41,791 bases of DNA. Origin: Deltaproteobacteria bacterium. GTDB taxonomy: Bacteria; Desulfobacterota; Syntrophobacteria; BM002. Made by a program: the position numbers and the translations under genes. The stretch spans positions 1,239,843 through 1,281,633 of the forward strand of contig CP070689.1 of assembly GCA_020353155.1 (NCBI GenBank). Reading direction: 5' to 3'. The notes under the pieces were generated by a model that was given only the letters and a program-made list of their open reading frames with translations, was not told the origin of the DNA and did not search any database. Positions 10,222 to 18,432 of this stretch are shown piece after piece. Every line of letters starts with the position of its first letter. Positions within the stretch are counted from its first letter, which is position 1.

Positions 10222-10421
10222 TTGGCATTGGAGATTGCAGATTTTAGATTTCAGATTCTGGATGCTGGATACTAGATTCGAGATGCTAGTCTGGTGATCA
10301 CTCTTTGGCAGGAAGAGAGAACTACCCTATTGGATTCTAAATTTAATTGTGACTTCTAGTTTTTACTCTATGCTCCATGCCCTATGCTCTATGCCTTCCC
10401 AAATCTGCGATCTAAAATCTA
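10222..10421. repeat. Composite heptamer arrays with inverted outer blocks
   Basis: GAGATTG CAGATTT TAGATTT CAGATTC TGGATGC TGGATAC TAGATTC GAGATGC; then TGCTCCA TGCCCTA TGCTCTA; then AAATCTG CGATCTA AAATCTA. Confidence 0.8.
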
Positions 10422-11324
10422 TTAGAGAGGTTTTTTGCCATTTAGTCGTTGGGCGAGAGTGTAGACTGTGTCGGCGTAATAGGTGCTGCGGTTATAGTAG
10501 AGGAGCACTTTTTTCTTCCCAGAATCACCCTGGGCTTTCCCCCAGCGATGAGCTCGAAGAAAAGAGGCAACACTAACTATGGCGTCATGGTGGTTGAAGA
10601 GATCTATGCGGCCGTCCCCATCGCCGTCCTGACCATAATGTTCAATATTGGACGGCAAGAATTGTGGTATGCCAATTGCCCCTTCACTGGATCCCTGCAC
10701 AGTGAAAGGATCGATGTCATTGTTGTTAACGTAATTGATTAAGGCCTTGAGTTCTCGGTAACCGCGGGTAGCCCTCTTTGTCAAACGTTTGGCTATGACC
10801 TCTGGCGATTGCATATTACGTTGTTCCTCGGTGAGGCTGGCAAGGACCCTTTCCCGAATCTCTCCATCTTCTGAAGCTGCCATGGTTGAAAGCACATTGA
10901 CCGCAACATACTTGCCCGGGTAAGTGCCTAGGGCAGTCTCTACCATAAGAACTGCAACCACCACCTCCGGTTCCACCCCGAAACTCTGCTTTGCTCCCTC
11001 CAGGGTTTGTCCGTATCGTTCCAGGTAACGGGCTGCTTTATTTACCGCATAAGGGGAGAGAAATTGACCATAATCAAGGGTCGCTTCACTTCGAACGAGG
11101 TTCCCAGCTACTACCTCGAGCTCCACCTTTGCCTTGGGGTTCTGATAAATCGACCTTACTAGAATAGGATCCATGCCATCAGAGATAAGTCTCTCCTGTA
11201 AATTGCCGAAAAGGCTCTCTGAACCGCAGACTGCAACAGGAGAAAGCAGAATCAGGAACAAAATAGCGGCAGCACAAGTTCTCATCCAATTTTCCATCAT
11301 CGTTGCCAGCTTATTAGTAGCCAT
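10422..11324 (-). CDS. Lytic murein transglycosylase (MltB / SLT_2 family)
   Basis: Signal peptide; GVEPEVVVAVLMVET (catalytic Glu), GSSEGAIGIPQFLPS, EF-hand-like DGDGDGRIDL and YNRS motifs. Confidence 0.9.
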   Translation of the reverse strand: MATNKLATMMENWMRTCAAAILFLILLSPVAVCGSESLFGNLQERLISDGMDPILVRSIYQNPKAKVELEVVAGNLVRSEATLDYGQFLSPYAVNKAARYLERYGQTLEGAKQSFGVEPEVVVAVLMVETALGTYPGKYVAVNVLSTMAASEDGEIRERVLASLTEEQRNMQSPEVIAKRLTKRATRGYRELKALINYVNNNDIDPFTVQGSSEGAIGIPQFLPSNIEHYGQDGDGDGRIDLFNHHDAIVSVASFLRAHRWGKAQGDSGKKKVLLYYNRSTYYADTVYTLAQRLNGKKPL

Positions 11325-11645
11325 ATAATTTCTCTCCAGTCCGGTCAGATCCGCTTTAAGGTGGCTAGATGTTAATCAGTTTCGCTCCAGATGTCACGCT
11401 AGATTGCACGAAATGCGCCAATAATTGATAGTTCTATCTCCTTTGTTTTAAAATTTGTCAACCTCCAGAACCCTCCTTTACTCTGTTATAATTTGCCTCC
11501 TTGGCACACAATAGCTGAAGTTGCCAATCGTTTATGAAAAAACCGGGCAGTGTTTGCCTTGACACCTCAAACTGTGTCTGGCAAGGTATGCCGCTAAGAT
11601 GGCCAAACTGTAGCCTGGCCTCAAAACAGAAGGGATGGTGTGGTA

Positions 11646-12062
11646 ATGAAAAGTTATCGTAAGGAACTCTGGTTTGAAGTGCCCTCCCGGCGGGCCTTCA
11701 TCAACATTACTCCTCAAGTTGAACAATGCCTGAGGGAGAGTGGGATTAGAGAAGGACTCGTTCTGGTTAATGCCATGCACATAACCGCCTCAGTCTTCAT
11801 TAACGACGATGAATCAGGGTTACATCATGACTATGATGTGTGGCTGGAAAAACTTGCACCCCATGAGCCTGTCTCTCAATATCGCCACAATGTGGGAGAA
11901 GACAATGCTGACGCCCACATGAAGAGACAAATCATGGGGCGTGAGGTGGTCGTGGCGATAACAGACGGCAAGCTGGACTTTGGTACTTGGGAACGGATCT
12001 TCTACGGCGAATTCGACGGGCGTCGGCGCAAACGTGCCCTGGTCAAAATCATAGGCGAATAG
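11646..12062 (+). CDS. yjbQ: YjbQ / UPF0047 family protein
   Basis: [18 protein letters not shown] and [13 protein letters not shown] motifs. Confidence 0.93.
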   Translation: MKSYRKELWFEVPSRRAFINITPQVEQCLRESGIREGLVLVNAMHITASVFINDDESGLHHDYDVWLEKLAPHEPVSQYRHNVGEDNADAHMKRQIMGREVVVAITDGKLDFGTWERIFYGEFDGRRRKRALVKIIGE

Positions 12063-12063
12063 G

Positions 12064-12561
12064 ATGGAACCAAAGATGAAACATTTTGGAGACGAAGAGG
12101 TACGGCAATTTCTGACTTTTCACGGTCTGGAAAGGCAGATTCATAGTTTTACTGAAAGCACTGAGAACGCTTATCTTGCAGCTGAGGCCTTGGGAGTGGA
12201 ATTAGGCCAGATTGTCAAATCGGTAGTCTTTCTGGCAGATGGAAAGCCGGTTTTAGTTCTCATTTCGGGGGATATGAACGTCCATACTAAAAAACTCAAA
12301 ACCCTCCTTGGAGTTCGAAAAGTTAGAATTGCCGATGCAGAGACGGTTGTTACCGTGACTGGGTATCCGGTTGGAGCTGTCCCCCCGATGGCCCACAGGC
12401 AGAGAATCCCCACTTATTTGGATGAAAGTCTAAAACGCTTCATGAAAATCTTTCCGGCAGCCGGCACCACCCAGAACATGTTCAGCACCACCTTTGATGA
12501 ACTGTTGAGACTCACCACTGCAGAGGTTATCGACGTGGCAGCTCCGAAGAAGAAAAACTAG
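12064..12561 (+). CDS. YbaK/EbsC-family aminoacyl-tRNA deacylase
   Basis: AEALG..GQIVKSVVF, TGYPVGAVPP and AAG motifs. Confidence 0.9.
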   Translation: MEPKMKHFGDEEVRQFLTFHGLERQIHSFTESTENAYLAAEALGVELGQIVKSVVFLADGKPVLVLISGDMNVHTKKLKTLLGVRKVRIADAETVVTVTGYPVGAVPPMAHRQRIPTYLDESLKRFMKIFPAAGTTQNMFSTTFDELLRLTTAEVIDVAAPKKKN

Positions 12562-12570
12562 GCACCATTC

Positions 12571-12693
12571 CATTTCACATTTCTCATTTCGCATTTATCA
12601 TTTTCCATATGGAAAAAAGGCCAAAATTACAAGTTAGTCTAAGTCAAAATGAGAAATGATAAATGAGCAATGAGAGATGAAAAATGTGAAATG
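12571..12693. repeat. Mirror-image heptamer element: (CATTTNN)5 / spacer / (AAATGNN)6-7
   Basis: Left CATTTCA CATTTCT CATTTCG CATTTAT CATTTTC; right AAATGAG AAATGAT AAATGAG CAATGAG AGATGAA AAATGTG AAATG; outer 12 bp are a perfect inverted repeat. Confidence 0.88.
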
Positions 12694-12737
12694 TTGGGGG
12701 GTATTGACTTGAAACATCTGTCTGGTTATTTATCTTT

Positions 12738-12821
12738 ATGAGGCTGGGGCCTCACTCTCTTTCTCCTTTCAAATAACCCCGAGAGGCCATGGGTGCTTAT
12801 TACGTAGCCTCTTATTTTTTT
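12738..12821 (+). ncRNA. Candidate sRNA 1 (anti-SD seed)
   Basis: TTGACT at 12704 with an AT-rich -10-like region about 17 bp downstream; hairpin GAGGC-TGGG-GCCTC; seed ACTCTCTTTCTCCTT; terminator-like stem AGAGGC..GCCTCT followed by TATTTTTTT. Confidence 0.55.
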
Positions 12822-12890
12822 ACCCTTTTAATTCAGGGCTAGGAAAAATACCTAGGTAGTTTATCGCGAAAAAATACTGCCTTTGCCTTA

Positions 12891-12920
12891 TTGAAATCCC
12901 CACTTGATTATCGCTATCAT
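12891..12920 (+). promoter_or_regulatory. sigma70-type promoter of candidate sRNA 2
   Basis: TTGAAA-N18-TATCAT. Confidence 0.5.
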
Positions 12921-12925
12921 GATAG

Positions 12926-13033
12926 TGTCTTCAGGGGTGTAAAATCACCACCTGTTTTGCAACTCTTTTCTCCTTACCCCACCGTTCGACCGCGCCAGAC
13001 CATAAAGGCAACATGAAAGGTGGGGTTTTCTTT
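12926..13033 (+). ncRNA. Candidate sRNA 2 (anti-SD seed; sibling of sRNA 1)
   Basis: Hairpin CAGGGGTG-TAAAAT-CACCACCTG; seed ACTCTTTTCTCCTT; stem ACCCCACC..GGTGGGGT followed by TTTCTTT. Confidence 0.55.
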
Positions 13034-13227
13034 GTCCACTCCCTCCATGTCAACAAAACCCCTGCTAACCTGAGTGTGACTGACCAGTTAAGGGTATTCT
13101 TTTTAAGAGGGTAATGGTTTTTCTGATTGACGGGATTTCTTGATCGAGTATATCGTGTTTTAAGAAGTCTGGAAATGGAATGGAGGGGTGAGCTGCAAGC
13201 GACTCAACTCTTATAAGGAGGGAGATC

Positions 13228-13443
13228 ATGTCTGTGGGTGCCTACAAGATTATTGAATTGGTGGGGACAAGTGATGTTTCTTGGGAAGAGGCAGCCAAGA
13301 ACGCTGTGGAGACTGCCAGCAAAAGCTTGAGGGATCTGAGAATCGCTGAGGTCAAGCAACTGGATATGAAAATCGAAGGAGGTAAAGATGTCGCCTATAG
13401 AGTAAGATTAAATCTGTCTTTTAAATATGAAGTAAATGAGTGA
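13228..13443 (+). CDS. Dodecin-family protein
   Basis: YKIIELVGTS..SWEEAAKNAVETASKSLRDLRIAEV..YRVRLNLSFKYE; strong AAGGAGG RBS. Confidence 0.93.
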   Translation: MSVGAYKIIELVGTSDVSWEEAAKNAVETASKSLRDLRIAEVKQLDMKIEGGKDVAYRVRLNLSFKYEVNE

Positions 13444-13536
13444 TGATGAGAGGATGCAACAAAACCGCTCAAGTCTACATACTATAATGAATTATCGGGT
13501 CCAGCATTCATCCTTCTGAAACCTAAGGGGTTGCTC

Positions 13537-14004
13537 ATGGATCGTTCTGAGATTATCAACCTTTTGAAAAACTGCGAGTTTTTCAAAGGGCTGCAAAAAG
13601 ATGACCTCGAGGAAATGGCAAATCTTTGCAGTGTGGAAGCCTATGCAGCGGGAGATCACATTTTTCGGCAAGGCGATTTGGGAGATCGAATCTACATTGT
13701 CGCCGAAGGCAATGTTTTTTTGGAACGATCCGTAGATCTCGGCACACGTAAAGGAACTGCCTTTATCGGAATGCTCAGCAAAGGAAGAGTTTTTGGCTGC
13801 TGGTCTACACTTCTCAACGAAAAGCACACCCTCATGTCCTCGGCCGTCTGCCGGAAACCAACAAAAGTCTTGGCCATCAAGGGCCCGGATCTGAGAAAGA
13901 TTATGCTTCAAGACAATGAGCTCGGATTTAATGTTTTACAGAGGTTCTGCTTTTTACTTCGAGACAGGCTAAAGGGTGCATACGAGGCGATGGAAGAACT
14001 CTGA
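13537..14004 (+). CDS. Stand-alone cyclic nucleotide-binding domain protein
   Basis: FFKGL...IFRQGDLGDRIYIVAEGNV...G.VFG pattern; no HTH follows. Confidence 0.85.
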   Translation: MDRSEIINLLKNCEFFKGLQKDDLEEMANLCSVEAYAAGDHIFRQGDLGDRIYIVAEGNVFLERSVDLGTRKGTAFIGMLSKGRVFGCWSTLLNEKHTLMSSAVCRKPTKVLAIKGPDLRKIMLQDNELGFNVLQRFCFLLRDRLKGAYEAMEEL

Positions 14005-14300
14005 GAATGAAATTTTCCAGCCCCAACAGCCCGAACTAATCGATATCTTCTGCCAGCTTTCAAAATCCCATCTTGACAATCACCTTGTTACCAATTCAGT
14101 AATTTTCTGTTGGTTTATCTATCTAATGGATAATTGACAAAATCTAATTCCGGCTTTATGGTTCTATCCAATAGTTTTGATTGTACATGACAGCTCGTTC
14201 GAATTAGCGTGCTTCTCGCAGGCAAATTAAGTTGAGTTTCCAAAACTTCTTGTTGAGGTATACGCTTTTAATTTTAAGCAAACAAAAGTGGAGAGGGGTT

Positions 14301-15584
14301 ATGAAGAAAAAAACCACGACATTGAGGATTGCCAGTTTGACTCTGATTGTATTTCTGTCGCTAACTGGGGCAGTGCTGCCACAGGAGAGGCTAGTACCAA
14401 AGGTCGATAACTTCATCCTTCTCATAGATAAATCAGGCTCCATGTTTCTAACGCAACAAGGCGCAGGTCCAACCAAAGCTGAACTGGCCAAGGAAATACT
14501 GACTGAAATGAACAGTTTTATTCCTGAACTCGACTATATAGGTGCGATACAGTCATTTCCTCCTAATAACATCCTGGTTGGACCGAAAAGATATGACCGC
14601 AATTCATTCAAAAAGGCCATAGAAAATTTGCCGGTAAAGGGGACCATCTTTGGCAATCGGACACCCTTGGGAACCGGCATCCTTGATCTTGCCGAAATTT
14701 TAAATGAAATGCCTCGGGGAAAAACCGCGATTATCATTTTCTCCGAAGGCGGAGAAAACTTGGGTGTCGAAGCACTGGAGGCACAAGACAGATTGCGAGC
14801 AAAATTTAGTAATGTATCATTTCACACCGTTTCCATGTCTGATAAGGAAAAAGAAAGAGCAACTCTCAGGGAAATGAGCAACCGCACCGATGGTATTTAC
14901 GTGGAGGGCAGCGATCTCTTTTCAAATAAAATGGCACTAGAGCGTTTTGTCAAAGAGGTATTTTATCTCGTTCAAGCTCCTTTGGACAGCGATGGCGATG
15001 GTGTTATTGATGAGGCGGACAAATGTCCCAATACGCCAAGAGGGATGGAAGTGGACGCACAAGGTTGTCCTCTGGACAGCGATGTTGATGGCGTTGTCAA
15101 CTATGCAGACAAGTGTCCCAACACTCCGCCGGGGGTGGCTGTGGACAGTTCCGGCTGTCCTCCCGACAGTGACGGTGACGGTGTGCCTGACTACTTGGAC
15201 CAATGTCCCGGGACTCCCAAAGGGGCCACGGTGAACGAGGTGGGATGCTGGGCCCTTAAGGCGACAATGCTTTTCGATACCAACAGCTCCTACATAAAAA
15301 CTGAGGCCCACCCACTTTTGGATGAAGTGGCCTCCATCTTGGAGAAAAATCCTCAGATAGAGGTAGAAGTCCAAGGATACGCAGACAACACTGGGACCGA
15401 AGAGTACAACCAGTGGCTATCTGAAAGACGAGCCAAAAGAGTAATGGATTACTTGGTGGCCAAGGGTATTGATCCTGAGCGTCTGCAAGCCAAAGGATAT
15501 GGCTCCACCCGGCCGGTGGCGTCGAATGCCACTGAAGAAGGACGGGCCCAAAACCGGAGGGTGGAACTGAAACGTATGCCATAG
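14301..15584 (+). CDS. OmpA-family protein with vWA domain and thrombospondin type-3-like Ca-binding repeats
   Basis: Signal peptide; LLIDKSGSM (MIDAS); three DSDGDGV.D..DKCP.TP repeats; C-terminal GYADNTG..YNQWLSERRA..NRRVE. Confidence 0.92.
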   Translation: MKKKTTTLRIASLTLIVFLSLTGAVLPQERLVPKVDNFILLIDKSGSMFLTQQGAGPTKAELAKEILTEMNSFIPELDYIGAIQSFPPNNILVGPKRYDRNSFKKAIENLPVKGTIFGNRTPLGTGILDLAEILNEMPRGKTAIIIFSEGGENLGVEALEAQDRLRAKFSNVSFHTVSMSDKEKERATLREMSNRTDGIYVEGSDLFSNKMALERFVKEVFYLVQAPLDSDGDGVIDEADKCPNTPRGMEVDAQGCPLDSDVDGVVNYADKCPNTPPGVAVDSSGCPPDSDGDGVPDYLDQCPGTPKGATVNEVGCWALKATMLFDTNSSYIKTEAHPLLDEVASILEKNPQIEVEVQGYADNTGTEEYNQWLSERRAKRVMDYLVAKGIDPERLQAKGYGSTRPVASNATEEGRAQNRRVELKRMP

Positions 15585-15893
15585 AGCTGCAGCTATCCGT
15601 CCAGATGACAGATCCAACAGCTTTATTGTTACTTGAGTGGGTGGAGAATCAACTCGCATAGACATAGACTCGAGATTCTTCTTTGATCTAATCAAAGGAA
15701 TTGCTTAGTAGTCCCTTTCCTGATTAGTGCCAACTAAGTTACCACCATGCTGCGCACCTTCTTTACACTTCTTAACTCTTTAAAACTATTGACTTATTCT
15801 TGTTCGCCCCAAACCAGCTGCTAATTAGGTTGTTCTTTTCTCTACAGATCATCCGCAAGTTGCCCGCATTTTATCTAGAATAATATCCAGTAA

Positions 15894-15950
15894 AATCAAA
15901 CAATTATAAAGCCAAGTTCATCAAGAACCAGGTTTGGCACAAAGGTTGCC
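15894..15950 (+). promoter_or_regulatory. sigma54 promoter with upstream IHF site
   Basis: TTGGCAC-AAAGG-TTGC (15934-15949); AATCAA-ACAA-TTA (15894-15906) matches the IHF consensus WATCAANNNNTTR. Confidence 0.8.
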
Positions 15951-15969
15951 ATTGGAATAGATTAGGGAG

Positions 15970-16176
15970 GTGATTGTTTTGACGTACAGCAAAATAAAAT
16001 CGTGTCCCGCATTTGAACAAGGAATATGCCCTCACCAGATTGAGATGGAGAGGGTCTATCTCATACCCCAACTATTACCTATTCGTGAGCTTCGACAATC
16101 CGAAAAGACTTGCCTTGCCTGCGCCAAATTGCAATACAATGGAGGGGAGAGACCTGCGGGCAGCCCCGTAGACTGA
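15970..16176 (+). CDS. Small Cys-rich hypothetical protein
   Basis: sigma54 promoter and GGAGGTG RBS directly upstream (true start may be TTG 15979); C-x7-C-P-H ... CxxC. Confidence 0.65.
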   Translation: MIVLTYSKIKSCPAFEQGICPHQIEMERVYLIPQLLPIRELRQSEKTCLACAKLQYNGGERPAGSPVD

Positions 16177-16305
16177 CCATTCAAGTATGCCAACATGGCT
16201 TGACAAGCCTAATCCTTGCCAACACCCTTGCAATGATGTTAAGTGTTACCTGCCCGGTTAGACTACATTTAACAAAATTTCACCCTTCGCTCGAGGTCTG
16301 AATGG

Positions 16306-16839
16306 ATGAGGGAAAATACTGCAGGATCTAAGGCAGGATCCTCTAAGGGACCCATAACTCCTACGAACATCCGAAATATCCTTTTTGTTTGCACTGGCAA
16401 CACCTGCCGCAGCCCTTTGGCCGCAGGCTTTCTGAAAAAGTTGTTGGAAAGGAATTCCCTTGGCGAAATGGAGATTGGCTCGGCGGGCCTTACAGCCTTG
16501 CCAGGCAGTCCTTCATCTTTCCATTCTTTACGGGTGGCCCTCGAAAACTCAGTTTCTTTGGAAGAGCACCAAGCCCGCCTAGTCACTGCGGAACTCATTG
16601 ACAATGCAGACCTGATAGTGGTCATGGAACCCGGACACCGACAGCGGTTGCTTGACCGCTACCCTCAAGCTTCTGACAAGATATATCTCCTTCGGCATTT
16701 TGCTCGCTATGGTTCCCGGGAGCGGGGAATCAATGATCCTTACGGTGGCAACCTGGAAGCCTATCGTTTCTGCTTTGAGGACATCAAAGAGTGCGTAGGG
16801 TCACTACATGAGTGGCTCCTCGAGGCTAGTCAATCCTAG
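16306..16839 (+). CDS. Low-molecular-weight phosphatase, YwlE-like (probable protein-arginine phosphatase)
   Basis: ILFVCTGNTCRS P-loop, SAG and DPYG motifs. Confidence 0.9.
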   Translation: MRENTAGSKAGSSKGPITPTNIRNILFVCTGNTCRSPLAAGFLKKLLERNSLGEMEIGSAGLTALPGSPSSFHSLRVALENSVSLEEHQARLVTAELIDNADLIVVMEPGHRQRLLDRYPQASDKIYLLRHFARYGSRERGINDPYGGNLEAYRFCFEDIKECVGSLHEWLLEASQS

Positions 16840-16921
16840 CTTCTAAATAGTGGCCGGTGCCGAGTGTCTAGTTGCTTTTTCGGGGTTTGCCCTCACCACT
16901 GTTTATGGTACAGTCGCCACT

Positions 16922-17377
16922 ATGACTCACATGGGCCCGTCTAATTACCTGTATCGCTTTTTTCACCCCATCCAGGTCCGTTTTATCGAGACGGACCAGC
17001 AGGGGCATGTATTTTTTGGTCACTTCCTCACCTACTTCGACGTGGCCCTCACCGAGTACTTAAAAGCAATTGACTACAGCTACGACAAATTTCTGCAAGC
17101 CGGGGTTGATTTTTATTACGTGGAGTCACTATGCCAGTACCGCGACCGGGCCTTTTTTGACGAAATTCTCCATGTTCATGCCAGGGTAGGAAAAATCGGC
17201 AATTCCAGTTTCACTTTCGAATTCTCCATCTTCGAGCCTGAATCTCAACGGTTCATTGCTAACGGTCATATTGTCGCGGTGGCCGTTGATCCATCTACAT
17301 CCAAGCCCATTCGCGCACCAGAGAGTTTCCGCCAAGCCGTGGCTCGCTTCGAGGGCAACGGCAGCCAACCTTCTTGA
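16922..17377 (+). CDS. Acyl-CoA thioesterase (YbgC/FadM hotdog fold)
   Basis: VRFIETDQQGHVFFGHFLTYFD and IGNSSFTFEF motifs. Confidence 0.88.
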   Translation: MTHMGPSNYLYRFFHPIQVRFIETDQQGHVFFGHFLTYFDVALTEYLKAIDYSYDKFLQAGVDFYYVESLCQYRDRAFFDEILHVHARVGKIGNSSFTFEFSIFEPESQRFIANGHIVAVAVDPSTSKPIRAPESFRQAVARFEGNGSQPS

Positions 17378-17535
17378 ACCCTGTCAAATCAATAATCAAC
17401 TTGCATATCGACTTGCCATAGAAGGGCCCTACAAAACCTCATGCAGATCGGTTACAGTTTAGTTTGTTCGCCCCCAGATCAGTCTGCCAGCCACCTAACC
17501 ATTTTTGTAAAGCTTCGAAATAAGGAGGAAATAGG

Positions 17536-18237
17536 ATGCTCGTCTTAGGGATTTGCGGAAGTCCCCGGAAGGAAAAGACATCTGGGGTTTACAAGCTTGT
17601 CAACACTGTCCTGGAGGCAACGGGTTTGGAGTACGAGTTCGTTCACCTGAGAAAGAAGCAGATCTCGGGATGTATTGCTTGCCTCGGCTGCGTCAAAGAC
17701 AACGTCTGCAAAGTGGAGGACGATCTGCAGTCCCTTCGTGACAAAATCGTTGAGGCCGACGCTTACGTCATTGGCGCACCCAATTACTACTCGGGGATAA
17801 ACGCTACCACTCATGCTTTCCTGGAGAGATGGTTTCAGTTCCGTCACCAGGAAGGCGATATCCTCTGGGGTAAATTGGGAGTTGCAGTGGGTGTCGGGGG
17901 CACTGCAGGTCACTATCCGGCGGATGAAATAGAGAAGTTCTTCCTTTACAATTTTGTTGAAACAGTGGCCAAGGTCCCAGGGCAAGGTGCAGCCAGTTGT
18001 TTTTCCTGTGGCTATGGTGAAACCTGTAAGGTAGGCATACCATACTTTCTCCATGGTGAAGGAGTTAAGATTGGCGATGATATTATTCCCGATGTGAGCA
18101 AACAACCAGAGGTAATGCAGACAGCAGTTGAAGCAGGTAAAAAACTGGGCCAGAGGCTCAAAGAGGGACACAACCGAGCACAGGTGACTGAAAAGATGCA
18201 AGCAGTTATGATGGAGAAGTTTGAGGGATCAGCTTAA
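17536..18237 (+). CDS. Iron-sulfur flavoprotein / flavodoxin-family protein
   Basis: GICGSPRK, CIACLGC-x5-C and GAPNYY motifs, plus a second CFSCGYGETC cluster; AAGGAGG RBS. Confidence 0.9.
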   Translation: MLVLGICGSPRKEKTSGVYKLVNTVLEATGLEYEFVHLRKKQISGCIACLGCVKDNVCKVEDDLQSLRDKIVEADAYVIGAPNYYSGINATTHAFLERWFQFRHQEGDILWGKLGVAVGVGGTAGHYPADEIEKFFLYNFVETVAKVPGQGAASCFSCGYGETCKVGIPYFLHGEGVKIGDDIIPDVSKQPEVMQTAVEAGKKLGQRLKEGHNRAQVTEKMQAVMMEKFEGSA

Positions 18238-18268
18238 GATTTATTTTCTTGCATAAATTGAAATTAAT

Positions 18269-18307
18269 AAGGGACCATCTTCAGCAAACGAAGGTGGTCT
18301 TTTGTTT
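18269..18307 (+). terminator. Intrinsic terminator
   Basis: GGGACCATCTTC / GAAGGTGGTCTT stem followed by a T-rich tail. Confidence 0.8.
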
Positions 18308-18432
18308 CCTCCTTTTTCAACTCTCCTCATTGCATTGGAAATCTTTTGAACTTATCTTGCTACACAAACCAGGTAAATGACCAATAGAGCATTGACTCAT
18401 ACTGTTGATTTCGAAAGTGGGAGACTCAAGGA

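Noticed and set aside
11501-11516. TTGGCAC motifs at 11501 and about 37935 as sigma54 promoters
   Set aside because: GG-to-GC spacing is one base short of the strict -24/-12 requirement.
12571-12693. Repeat arrays as CRISPR
   Set aside because: Units are 7 bp, tandem and degenerate, with no 25-40 bp repeats separated by spacers; no cas genes in the window.
12724-12975. Minus-strand micro-ORFs after the two AAGGAG motifs
   Set aside because: They would encode only 9 aa (GTG start) and 5 aa (TTG start) unrelated peptides; promoter and terminator polarity favours + strand RNAs. Not fully excluded.
13441-13449. Selenocysteine read-through at TGA-ending ORFs
   Set aside because: Dodecin ends in TGA TGA TGA at full family length; the other TGA-terminated genes are complete and none has TGA at a catalytic Cys position.
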